Assembly: GCA_900751695.1 (NCBI GenBank)
Contig: CAADSS010000011.1
Span: 3,052-67,051, forward strand
Length of the DNA: 64,000 nt
Direction: 5' to 3'
Origin: an uncultured Collinsella sp.
Lineage (GTDB): Bacteria; Actinomycetota; Coriobacteriia; Coriobacteriales; Coriobacteriaceae
Shown here: one piece after another, positions 10,878-22,403 of the stretch
How positions within the stretch are numbered: the stretch's first letter is position 1
How the letters are laid out: the number at the start of each line of letters is the position of its first letter
Program-made: the position numbers and the translations under genes
The notes under the pieces: model-generated
Databases searched by the model: none
The model's input: the letters and a program-made list of their open reading frames with translations, nothing else
What the model was told of the DNA's origin: nothing

Positions 10878-11888
10878 CTAGATTTCGCGCACGCTTTGGC
10901 GCTCGACAAAATAGGTCGATACGGCCGTCTTGCAGGTATAGCTCTTGGGATTGCGGATGTTACCCACCAGGCGGCGCACCGCGATCTCGCCCACCTCGTG
11001 TTTGGGAACGTGCACCGTGGTGAGCGGCGGGTTGGAGAAGGCGCCCAGAGATAGGTCGTCAAAGCCGATAATCGAGACATCCTCGGGCACGCGTATGCCG
11101 TGCTCGTTTAGCGCGCGCATGGCGCCTACGGCGAGCACGTCGTTTTCGGCAAAGAAAGCCGTCGGCAGATCTTCACGCGAGGAATTGTCGAGCCACGCGC
11201 CCATGTCGCGATAAGCGCCCTCGAGCGTGGTGCCCAGCGTGACGCGCCATGTCGGGTTGGCCTCAAGGCCCGCATCCTCAAGCGCTTGGCGATAGCCGCG
11301 CTCGCGATCCTTAAAGTTGCGGATACGAAGGTCGCCCGCCAGATAGCCGATTTGCCTGTGGCCTTTCTCGATAAGGTAATCCACGGCACGCAGCACCGAA
11401 TCGGTGTTGGCGATGACTACGGCATCGAAGTACTGGCGATCGCTCCAGCCGTCGAGCACAATCAGGTGGGCGGCAGCGTCGGCGAACAGGGCGTAGTCCT
11501 CCTCGCCCAGCTCGGTACCCATCAGCACGATGGCGGCCGACGGGTCGGCGATCAGGCCCTCGACCTGCGGGCGCACGGCGTCCAGGTCGCTAAAGTCGAG
11601 CGAGACAAAGCTCGTGCTCATGCCGTGGCGACGCGCCTGGCGCTCCACGCCCTCGATGACCGCGGGATGGAAGGTGCTCTCGTCCAGGATGGCGCCCGTC
11701 TTGCGCGCAAGCACAAACTGGATGCTCTCGAGCTGCGTCGACTGCTGATAGCCAAGCGACTGCGCGCACTCCAGGATGACCTTGGCGGTCTCCTCGCTCA
11801 CGCTGCGCTTGCGGTTGAGCGCGTTGGACACGGTTGCGGGCGAAAAGCCGGTAATGCGGCTGATCTCGCGGACGCTTGCTTTAGCCAT
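10878..11888 (-). CDS. LacI family transcriptional regulator
   Basis: N-terminal VREISRITGFSPATVSNALN HTH; VPEDVSIIGFDD, PPLTTV; start reset to ATG 11888. Confidence 0.93.
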   Translation of the reverse strand: MAKASVREISRITGFSPATVSNALNRKRSVSEETAKVILECAQSLGYQQSTQLESIQFVLARKTGAILDESTFHPAVIEGVERQARRHGMSTSFVSLDFSDLDAVRPQVEGLIADPSAAIVLMGTELGEEDYALFADAAAHLIVLDGWSDRQYFDAVVIANTDSVLRAVDYLIEKGHRQIGYLAGDLRIRNFKDRERGYRQALEDAGLEANPTWRVTLGTTLEGAYRDMGAWLDNSSREDLPTAFFAENDVLAVGAMRALNEHGIRVPEDVSIIGFDDLSLGAFSNPPLTTVHVPKHEVGEIAVRRLVGNIRNPKSYTCKTAVSTYFVERQSVREI

Positions 11889-12070
11889 CGTTCCCCCTAG
11901 CATCGGTCGCGGCCGAGCATCGTGGCTTGACCGCCCCGTGACTCGGCAACTAAACGACCGCAAATTCAATCTAAACAGAATAGTAAATGTTTAATAGCTA
12001 GTTTAGCCTGTTGTCAAGCGAAGTGGCACGACTATTCCCCCAACGGGCGCATTTGTCCATCTTAACGTTA

Positions 12071-15087
<3,017 letters not shown>

Positions 15088-15129
15088 TGGCTCCTTTGCA
15101 CAATCTTGGCTTACTGTTCGAATCGGCAA

Positions 15130-15163
15130 AGGTCATGCCCCGAATGGCTACGGGTTACAATCC
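15130..15163 (-). promoter_or_regulatory. RAT (BglG/LicT binding RNA) upstream of PTS gene
   Basis: Minus strand GGATTGTAAC..GGCATGACCT matches the RAT consensus GGATTGTTAC..GGCAAAACC. Confidence 0.75.
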
Positions 15164-15994
15164 TTTTTTGGAGATGATCCGGTTGAGATGGATCATCAGA
15201 TAGAGTTCCTCCTCCTCGGAGAGCGTGGCGTCCCACGTTTCACGACAATAGGAACCGATATGCTTCACGCACTCTGCCAACTGCGGAAACTCCTCACGAA
15301 AGTTCTTGTACATCTGCATGTTGGCGCTGTTCAGCGACTCGCCGGCTTGAATGCGCTTGAACAGGTACCGCAGATGCGTGGCGAAGCGGGTGAAATCAAA
15401 GGAATCGCGGTCGACAATAATGCGGAAATCGCTTTCGAGAATCTCGATAACGTCCTCGAGCATATCGTCGAACTGCTTTGCGGGCTCGGCCGTGGCTTTG
15501 ACGGCTTCAACAACCCGTGCGTTCACGAGATTCATCGCAATACTGGCAATCTCATCCTTGGGAAGCCGCTCTCCGAGCTCCTTCTCGAGTCGCATGACGA
15601 TAAACTGGGCAGCCTTGTATTCCTTCGGATACGTCTCCCGCACTTCATAGGCAAGAGGCATCGCGATGCGGACCCCCTTTTGGGCTCGCGCAACGGCAAA
15701 CGACAGGTGATCAGCCATGAACAGCGTCGCATTGGTCGAGAGGTCGTAGGGCAGTTCGTTGGCAACGATGTCCATAACTTTCGCCGCAAACATCACGATA
15801 TCCGAGGGAAGATCCCTCATGACATCTTGTCCTTTAGGATCAATGTCGTAAAACGTATGCTCGATTTTAGAAAGAGGGAGCTCTCGAGGAAAATCTCCGC
15901 CGAAACCGACGCCCCTGCCCATGGCGATGACATCTCGCCCCTGTCCGTCACGGCAAAGAACCGCGTTGTTGTTAAGCTTTTTAATTGCAAGCAT
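15155..15994 (-). CDS. licT: BglG/LicT family PRD-domain antiterminator
   Basis: KKLNNNAV..GRGVGF CAT domain; ADHLSFA, RFATHL, MIHL PRD histidines; start reset to 15994. Confidence 0.9.
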   Translation of the reverse strand: MLAIKKLNNNAVLCRDGQGRDVIAMGRGVGFGGDFPRELPLSKIEHTFYDIDPKGQDVMRDLPSDIVMFAAKVMDIVANELPYDLSTNATLFMADHLSFAVARAQKGVRIAMPLAYEVRETYPKEYKAAQFIVMRLEKELGERLPKDEIASIAMNLVNARVVEAVKATAEPAKQFDDMLEDVIEILESDFRIIVDRDSFDFTRFATHLRYLFKRIQAGESLNSANMQMYKNFREEFPQLAECVKHIGSYCRETWDATLSEEEELYLMIHLNRIISKKGL

Positions 15995-16023
15995 GGTGAA
16001 CCTCCTTTCAAGAACACTCACAG

Positions 16024-16080
16024 AAAAAGGCATGATAGCCAATAGCAGTGCTATTGCGGTCATGCCTTACGTAACAATCC
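16024..16080 (-). promoter_or_regulatory. RAT overlapping intrinsic terminator (licT leader)
   Basis: GGATTGTTACGTAAGGCATGACC (16080-16058) overlaps the AAGGCATGA..TCATGCCTT-TTT terminator. Confidence 0.85.
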
Positions 16081-16096
16081 GTGTTGTATTGCTCTT

Positions 16097-16146
16097 GGGC
16101 ATGCCTCCACACAGGAGTAACAATCCAAGATGCAGAATGCATTATA
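16097..16146 (-). promoter_or_regulatory. -10 box (TATAAT) and second, upstream RAT
   Basis: TATAAT at 16146-16141; GGATTGTTACTCCTGTGTGGAGGCATGCCC at 16126-16097. Confidence 0.75.
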
Positions 16147-16243
16147 GCGCTCTCCCCGCCCCGGGGACCATCGGGCTGGCGAACGGTAGATGTCGGCCCG
16201 CCAGCGGCCACATCGAGCAGATGGGCGTGCTTCGATCCCGAGC

Positions 16244-17218
16244 CTAGCCTAGGATGCGGGCCATGCGCGCCTTGAACTCGGACAGGAAGCGCGGGGCGTC
16301 GACGGTCAGCGCCACGAGTGCGCTCTTGTCGGGGTCGGACAGGCGATGCTCGTCGCAGATAGTGCGGCCGCGATACTCGCCGAGCAGGTCGACGCGCAAG
16401 TTGCAACCAAGTGCGCCCACGAGCGTGGGATCAATCGCCACGGCAACGGCAAGCGGATCGTGCAGCGCACAACCACCCAGGTAGGGTGCGTTCATCTCGT
16501 ACGAGCCAATGTAGTGCTCGACCATGCTCGCAAATGCGCAGCCCGCCATGGTGCCCGAGCCCGTCCAGCCGGCAATGTCGCGGCGTGTGAGCACCACGCG
16601 ATGCGTCACGTCCAGACCCACCATGGTGAGCTTACGGCCCGAGCGCAGCACCGCGTCGGCTGCCTCGGGGTCGCTCGCCATATTGGCCTCGGCGCCCGCG
16701 CTCACGTTGCCGGGCACGGTAAGGGCGCCGCCCATCACGACCACGCGGCCGATGGACATCATCGCCGCCGCATCGCGCTCCAGGGCGAGCGCCAGGTTGG
16801 AGAGCGGGCCAGTCGCTACGTAGACCAGATCGGGACCATAGGTGCGCGCGGCATCGATCAGATAATCGACCGCAGCGTTGCCGTCGGCCGAGGTCGCCCC
16901 CACCGGCTCGTAGGGCGACGCGGGCACGCTCGCGCCGCCGATGCCGTTCTTGCCGTGAATGAGCGCGGTGGACGCCGGCGGCGTATAGGGCTCAGTCGCC
17001 TGCAGAGGACGGTCGGCACCCAGGTACACCGGAACCTCGGGGCGACCCAGCAGATCGAGCACCGCAAGGCAGTTGTGCGCCGATTGCTCGACGCGCACGT
17101 TGCCAAAGCACGTGGTGATGCCCACGAGCTCCACCTCGGGGCTCGCGATGGCATAGGCCAGCGCCATCGCATCGTCCACACCCATATCCAGATCAAGGAT
17201 CAGCTTCTTGGTTGTCAT
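16244..17218 (-). CDS. Inosine/uridine-preferring nucleoside hydrolase
   Basis: DLDMGVDD, HGKNG, TGPLSN, LHDP motifs. Confidence 0.92.
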   Translation of the reverse strand: MTTKKLILDLDMGVDDAMALAYAIASPEVELVGITTCFGNVRVEQSAHNCLAVLDLLGRPEVPVYLGADRPLQATEPYTPPASTALIHGKNGIGGASVPASPYEPVGATSADGNAAVDYLIDAARTYGPDLVYVATGPLSNLALALERDAAAMMSIGRVVVMGGALTVPGNVSAGAEANMASDPEAADAVLRSGRKLTMVGLDVTHRVVLTRRDIAGWTGSGTMAGCAFASMVEHYIGSYEMNAPYLGGCALHDPLAVAVAIDPTLVGALGCNLRVDLLGEYRGRTICDEHRLSDPDKSALVALTVDAPRFLSEFKARMARILG

Positions 17219-17248
17219 TGTTCTACTCCGCTTCTCCGTCTTTATCGT

Positions 17249-18211
17249 TTAACCAAACCAATGTTCAACTTCGGCGCGCGTGGGAATCGATTGCTGAGCG
17301 CCCAGGCGCGACACCGTCACTGCCGAGGCGCGAGCACCCGCGGCCATGCACTCAAAGAGCGGCAAGCCCTCTAGGCAAGCCGCCGCCAACGCGCCGATAA
17401 ACGTATCGCCGGCGGCCGTGGTATCGACTACCGTACTCGAAAGTGCCGGCATGCGCAGCAGCTCACCGCCATCGCCGAGCGTAACCGAGCCGGCACCGCC
17501 CAACGTGATGACCGCGGCGCCGGCGCCCTTGTCGAGCAGCGCATTGAGCGCGGCGACGCAACTCACATCATCCGTGGGCAGAATGCCCGTCAGAACCTGG
17601 CACTCGGTCTCGTTGGGACAGACCAGGTCGACCGCAGGCCAGACCTCCGCAGGCAGCTCGCAGGCAGGCGCCGGATTAAAGACCGTATAGAACCCCAGCT
17701 CGCGAGCGCAAACAAGCGCCTCGGCCGTCGCTGCAAGGTCACATTCGCCCTGGGCGATAAAGACGCTTCCGGCAGCCGGGGCAATCTCGCTGGCGTCGCC
17801 GTCGAGCTCATGGGCCACCAGACGCCTCAGCGCGCAGGCAACGTCCTCGCCCGCAAGCGCATGGTTGGCGCCCGGCGACAGCACGATGCGGTTGTCTCCC
17901 TCGCAGCGAATGATGGTCGCCGTTCCCGTCTCCACATCATCGCGATGCACTACAAAGTCACAGTCCACGCCGGCGTCTTGGAGCCCCGCCACGAGCGACG
18001 CGCCGAACGCGTCGCGACCGACCGCGCCGATCATGTGCGTGCAAGCACCCATGCGCGCAGCGGCGACGGCCTGGTTGGCGCCCTTACCGCCGGCGTTGGT
18101 GATAAAACCGCTACCGCCGACGGTCTCGCCCGCGCGCGGCATGCGCTCGCACGCCACCGAAAGGTCCATGTTCATGCTGCCGAACACCGCAACGATGCCG
18201 CGATCTGCCAT
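17249..18211 (-). CDS. rbsK: Ribokinase (PfkB family)
   Basis: GSMNMD, GGKGANQA, PNETE, DTTAAGDTF; start reset to 18211. Confidence 0.9.
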   Translation of the reverse strand: MADRGIVAVFGSMNMDLSVACERMPRAGETVGGSGFITNAGGKGANQAVAAARMGACTHMIGAVGRDAFGASLVAGLQDAGVDCDFVVHRDDVETGTATIIRCEGDNRIVLSPGANHALAGEDVACALRRLVAHELDGDASEIAPAAGSVFIAQGECDLAATAEALVCARELGFYTVFNPAPACELPAEVWPAVDLVCPNETECQVLTGILPTDDVSCVAALNALLDKGAGAAVITLGGAGSVTLGDGGELLRMPALSSTVVDTTAAGDTFIGALAAACLEGLPLFECMAAGARASAVTVSRLGAQQSIPTRAEVEHWFG

Positions 18212-18398
18212 GGAAACCTCCTCATCTGCGGGCTTTGCACCCACCGTCGACCGTCGATTGTGCGCTCTCGCACCCCCTATAACTTTAGTTCACTTTGATG
18301 TGAACGCGCGCTTGAGCTTGCGCCAGCAGCAAGCATTCACAGGAGCAGGCAGCTACAATGAAGGCGTGCTGATTATTCTCGTCATTGGATGATGTTTT

Positions 18399-20615
18399 AT
18401 GGAACAACTCTCGCAATCGGGCTCGCGCGGTCGACGCCGCACGGGCAACGAGCCGGCGCCGCACGAACGCGTGAAGAGCGAACGCCGTGCCAACGAGCCG
18501 CGACGCACCACGAGCCCCCATCGCGCTTCTGCCAACAACGCGGGCCGCGCCAACACTCCCGCCGAGGAGCAGACGCCTGCTCGCCCTAAGTCCCGCTACA
18601 TCCCTGCCCTTGACGGCCTGCGCACGCTTGCCGTCGTCGCGGTGGTGCTCTATCACCTCAACCTCACGTGGGCGCAGGGCGGTCTGCTCGGCGTCACGAT
18701 CTTCTTTGTGCTTTCGGGCTATCTGATCACGCGCTTGCTGCTCAACGAAGTCGCTAAGACCGGACGCATCGACCTCAAGAGCTTCTGGATTCGCCGCATC
18801 CGTCGCCTGGTCCCCGCCGTGGTGACCGTCGTGGTGGTAACCTGCGCGCTGTGCACTCTCTTTAACCACGTGATGCTCACCAAGATGCGCCCCGACATCC
18901 TGCCGTCGCTGCTGTTCTTCAACAACTGGTGGCAGATTGCCCAAAACGTCTCGTACTTCAATGCTCTGGGCGACCCCTCGCCGCTCACGCACTTTTGGTC
19001 GCTTGCCATCGAGGAACAGTTCTACCTGATTTGGCCGCCACTGCTGTTTGCCATGGTATCCATGCATGTGAGCAAACCCAACACGCGCCGCGTGGTTCTG
19101 GGCCTTGCCGTGGTATCTGCCCTAGCCATGATGGTGCTTTACAACCCTGCCGCCGACCCCAGCCGCGTGTACTACGGCACCGACACCCGCGTGTTCTCGC
19201 TGCTGCTGGGTGCCTGGATGGCCTTTATCCCCGATCGCGACCTGGCGCCGGTGCGTCTCGCTCATCGTTTGGGGCTCAATCGCCTGGCTGGCGCCGCCAA
19301 GCACGGCAAGAACGCCGAGGGCAAACCTGGCGAGAAGGCCGACGAAGCAGCCGAGACCGCCCCGGCACAGCCGAGCGCCCTCGTGCGTTTTTGGTCCTCG
19401 CCCGCATCCATCGATGTGTTGGGCGTCGTGGGTCTGGTTGGCCTTGCCGCCATGGTCGCGCTCACCAACGGCTACACCGCCTTCCAGTATCGCGGAGGCA
19501 CGCTGCTGTGCTCGATCCTCACGCTCATGGTCATCGCGGCCTGCGTGCAGCCCCAGGGAATGGTTGCCCGCGCGCTGTCCGCCGAGCCACTCGTGTGGGT
19601 TGGCAAGCGCTCCTACAGCATCTACCTGTGGCACTATCCGCTGCTGCTCCTCATGAACCCGGTCGCCAACATCAACGATACGCCGTGGTGGCAGTACATT
19701 TTGCAGGTGTTGTTGGTGGTCGCCGTGGCAGAGTGCTGCTATCGCTTTATCGAGACTCCGTTTAGGAAGGGCGCCTTTGGGCGCACCGTCGCCGAATTCC
19801 GCGATGGCACCACCACGCCCGCCAACTGGGCACGCACGCACATCCCTGTCTGCGCAGCCTGCGCTGTCGTGTTGGTCGTTGCACTGGGCGGCCTGATCTT
19901 TGTGCCCGAGACGTCTGCGCTGAGCGGCGAGGGCGCCGAAGTTCTGAACAAGGAAGCCAAGAACACCGCGCCCACCGACCAGCAGGCGGCCGACGACACC
20001 GACAAGGACAACGACGGCTTCCCCGATGGCTCCTACGATCTGCTTATGATCGGCGACTCCGTGTCGCTGCGTGCCGTGGACACCTTTGACGGCGTGTTCC
20101 CGCACAGCCATATCGATGCCGAAAAGGGCCGCCAGTTCGATGCGGGCCGTGCGACATTTGAGGGCTATATCCAGCAGAACCTTGCCGGCAAGATCGTGGT
20201 CTTTGCCCTGGGCACCAACGGCTTGGTAACCGACGACCAGATCGACGCCATCATGGCCGATGCAGGAGATAGGCGTATTGTGGTGTTTGTGAACACGCGC
20301 AGCCCGCAGCCGTGGGTTGGCTCTACCAACCAGGCCATCGCCAACGCCGCTACGCGCTACAAGAACGTGCGCGTTATCGATTGGTACGGATACAGTGCTA
20401 ACCGCAACGACCTGTTCGATGGCGATGGCACGCACCTATCGACCACTGGCGTGACTGAGTACCTCAACTTGATCCACGATGCTGTCAAGAAGGACCTGCC
20501 CGTACACCCCGAGGATCACGTCAACGATCCGCAACCGGCAGCCGTCAAGTCCGCCACCGACGCGCTCGTCAATGCTCTCGCTATCAAGCCACACAAGCTG
20601 GGCACCGACAAGTAA
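18399..20615 (+). CDS. OatA-like O-acyltransferase (acyltransferase_3 + SGNH domain)
   Basis: LDGLR, FFVLSGYLIT, HFWSLAIEEQFY, then GDS, GTN, DGTH. Confidence 0.9.
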   Translation: MEQLSQSGSRGRRRTGNEPAPHERVKSERRANEPRRTTSPHRASANNAGRANTPAEEQTPARPKSRYIPALDGLRTLAVVAVVLYHLNLTWAQGGLLGVTIFFVLSGYLITRLLLNEVAKTGRIDLKSFWIRRIRRLVPAVVTVVVVTCALCTLFNHVMLTKMRPDILPSLLFFNNWWQIAQNVSYFNALGDPSPLTHFWSLAIEEQFYLIWPPLLFAMVSMHVSKPNTRRVVLGLAVVSALAMMVLYNPAADPSRVYYGTDTRVFSLLLGAWMAFIPDRDLAPVRLAHRLGLNRLAGAAKHGKNAEGKPGEKADEAAETAPAQPSALVRFWSSPASIDVLGVVGLVGLAAMVALTNGYTAFQYRGGTLLCSILTLMVIAACVQPQGMVARALSAEPLVWVGKRSYSIYLWHYPLLLLMNPVANINDTPWWQYILQVLLVVAVAECCYRFIETPFRKGAFGRTVAEFRDGTTTPANWARTHIPVCAACAVVLVVALGGLIFVPETSALSGEGAEVLNKEAKNTAPTDQQAADDTDKDNDGFPDGSYDLLMIGDSVSLRAVDTFDGVFPHSHIDAEKGRQFDAGRATFEGYIQQNLAGKIVVFALGTNGLVTDDQIDAIMADAGDRRIVVFVNTRSPQPWVGSTNQAIANAATRYKNVRVIDWYGYSANRNDLFDGDGTHLSTTGVTEYLNLIHDAVKKDLPVHPEDHVNDPQPAAVKSATDALVNALAIKPHKLGTDK

Positions 20616-20638
20616 CCTGCAGCGCAAACTTCCCACAT

Positions 20639-20690
20639 CCGGAGGGGGTGTCTGCCACGGCAGACACCCCCTCCGGCAGTTAGGGACACT
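20639..20690. repeat. Perfect 18-bp stem hairpin plus GGGAC-family repeat fragment
   Basis: ccggagggggtgtctgcc-ac-ggcagacaccccctccgg followed by cagttagggac, also present near 36630. Confidence 0.75.
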
Positions 20691-20821
20691 CCTGGCGCAG
20701 CCAATGAAGACCTCTACGGATGAATTCCAGGCCGCTCCGTCGCTCCAGACATCGTTTCCGCGCCTCGTGCCTGCCCCAAACAATCAAAACAAGCCCTTTT
20801 CGCCGCACCCTCAAAGGTCTG

Positions 20822-21049
20822 TGGGCAAAAAAGGGCAAATATGAGTACTGTTACCATTTTAGTAGCAGGCAAAACCACCCAAAATGACGTCCGAGCGACC
20901 CCTACAACCCCCTAAAGCAGCCAACCTGACTGGTTTAAGGCGTATTGGAGCCAATTTTAATGAACATACTAAAGGCTATGTTCATTATCTTTTAGGATGT
21001 AAATGCTATTCACTTAGCAACAGTACTCATATTTGGCATTTTTTGTCCA
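20822..21049. mobile_element. MITE-like AT-rich element with 33-bp imperfect terminal inverted repeats
   Basis: 20822-20854 vs reverse complement of 21017-21049: 29/33 match; no ORF inside. Confidence 0.55.
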
Positions 21050-21079
21050 TTGCTATATAACTAACACCCTATAGCAGAC

Positions 21080-21114
21080 AAAAAACAGGCCGCGCCCCAT
21101 CGCTGCGGCCTGTT
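21080..21114 (-). terminator. Intrinsic terminator after NRAMP gene
   Basis: aacaggccgc stem with T-tract on the minus strand. Confidence 0.7.
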
Positions 21115-21132
21115 CGGAAGCAAAAGTGGGCG

Positions 21133-22395
21133 TTAAGCGCTGTAGCCCATCGCTTGCAGGACAAACATGACGACCGTGAGCACCGTAATCACGGCGATAG
21201 TCGCCCAAGTGAGCATGTTCCACACGCGACCGTTGCGGTTGGCACCCATAATGTGACGGTCGGCTGCGATAACCACCTGGAACACCAGAACCACGGGCAA
21301 CAGCACACCATTGATGACCTGTGAGGTCATCATAATCTGAAACAGATCGACGCCGGGCATAAGCACCAGCACGGCAGAGATACCGATAATGGCCGTAATG
21401 ATGCCGCGATAGACCGGGGCCTCGTCCCAGCTGCGGTCGGCACCGCGCTCCCAGCCAAATGCCTCGCAGATAGCGCTCGACGTAACGCCCGGCAGCACGC
21501 AGGCAGCCAAGAAGCTCGCCGCGACCAGGCCCGAGGCAAACAGTACCGTGGACCACTGACCCGCAATAGGCTCCAGCGCACGGGCAGCATCGGCAGCATC
21601 GCTAATCTGAATGCCCGCCGGGAACAACACCGTACCGGTCGTGATGATAATAAAGCCGGCAATGACATCGGCGGCAAGCGAGCCGCTCACGGTATCGATG
21701 CGCTGCAGCACGATATCGTCCTCGCCCGCGTTCTTGTCGACCACGTTGTTCTGCGCCAAGAAAATCATCCACGGCGCGATGGTGGTACCGATCGTTGCGA
21801 CCACGAGCGACACGTAGCTGGGGTCATTTTGAATGTTAGGCACGACCAGGTCGACCGCGACCTCACCCCAGTTGGGGCCAGCCATGAACGCGGCGACAAT
21901 ATAGGTCACGAACACGCAGCTCACCAGCAGCAGAATCTTCTCGATGCGCTGGAAACTACCCGACATGGTAAGCATCCACACCAGCAGCGCCACCAACGGC
22001 ACCGAGATGCTCGCCGGCACGCCAAAGAGAGCAAGGCCGCTGGCGATACCCGCGAACTCCGAGATGGTCACCGCCGTGTTGGCGATCAACAGCGCCGCCA
22101 TGGCCAGCACGCTCTTGCGCACGCCAAAGCGCTCGCGAATGAGCGACGCCAGGCCCTTGCCCGTGACGCATCCGCAGCGCGCCGCGGTCTCCTGCGTCAC
22201 GATGAGCAGCACAGTCATGACGGGAAGCATCCAGAGCATCTTGTAGCCATAGCTGGCGCCCGCGCTGGAATACGTTGCAATGCCGCCGGCGTCATTGCCC
22301 GAAAGCGCCGCCAGCAGACCGGGACCCATAGCGCCAAAGATGGCCGCGATGGTCAACTTTTGCTTGGTGCCCGACTTTTGCTTGGTATTTTGCAC
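21133..22395 (-). CDS. NRAMP-related divalent metal transporter (NRMT/Mg2+-type)
   Basis: GPG..GNDAGGIATY replaces canonical DPGN; GTTIAPW; GTG start 22395. Confidence 0.8.
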   Translation of the reverse strand: MQNTKQKSGTKQKLTIAAIFGAMGPGLLAALSGNDAGGIATYSSAGASYGYKMLWMLPVMTVLLIVTQETAARCGCVTGKGLASLIRERFGVRKSVLAMAALLIANTAVTISEFAGIASGLALFGVPASISVPLVALLVWMLTMSGSFQRIEKILLLVSCVFVTYIVAAFMAGPNWGEVAVDLVVPNIQNDPSYVSLVVATIGTTIAPWMIFLAQNNVVDKNAGEDDIVLQRIDTVSGSLAADVIAGFIIITTGTVLFPAGIQISDAADAARALEPIAGQWSTVLFASGLVAASFLAACVLPGVTSSAICEAFGWERGADRSWDEAPVYRGIITAIIGISAVLVLMPGVDLFQIMMTSQVINGVLLPVVLVFQVVIAADRHIMGANRNGRVWNMLTWATIAVITVLTVVMFVLQAMGYSA

Positions 22396-22403
22396 GCGAC
22401 CAC

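Noticed and set aside
18288..18305. GTTCAC-N6-GTGAAC palindrome between rbsK and the acyltransferase
   Set aside because: Single occurrence; arm order does not fit Crp or Rex boxes; cannot be supported further
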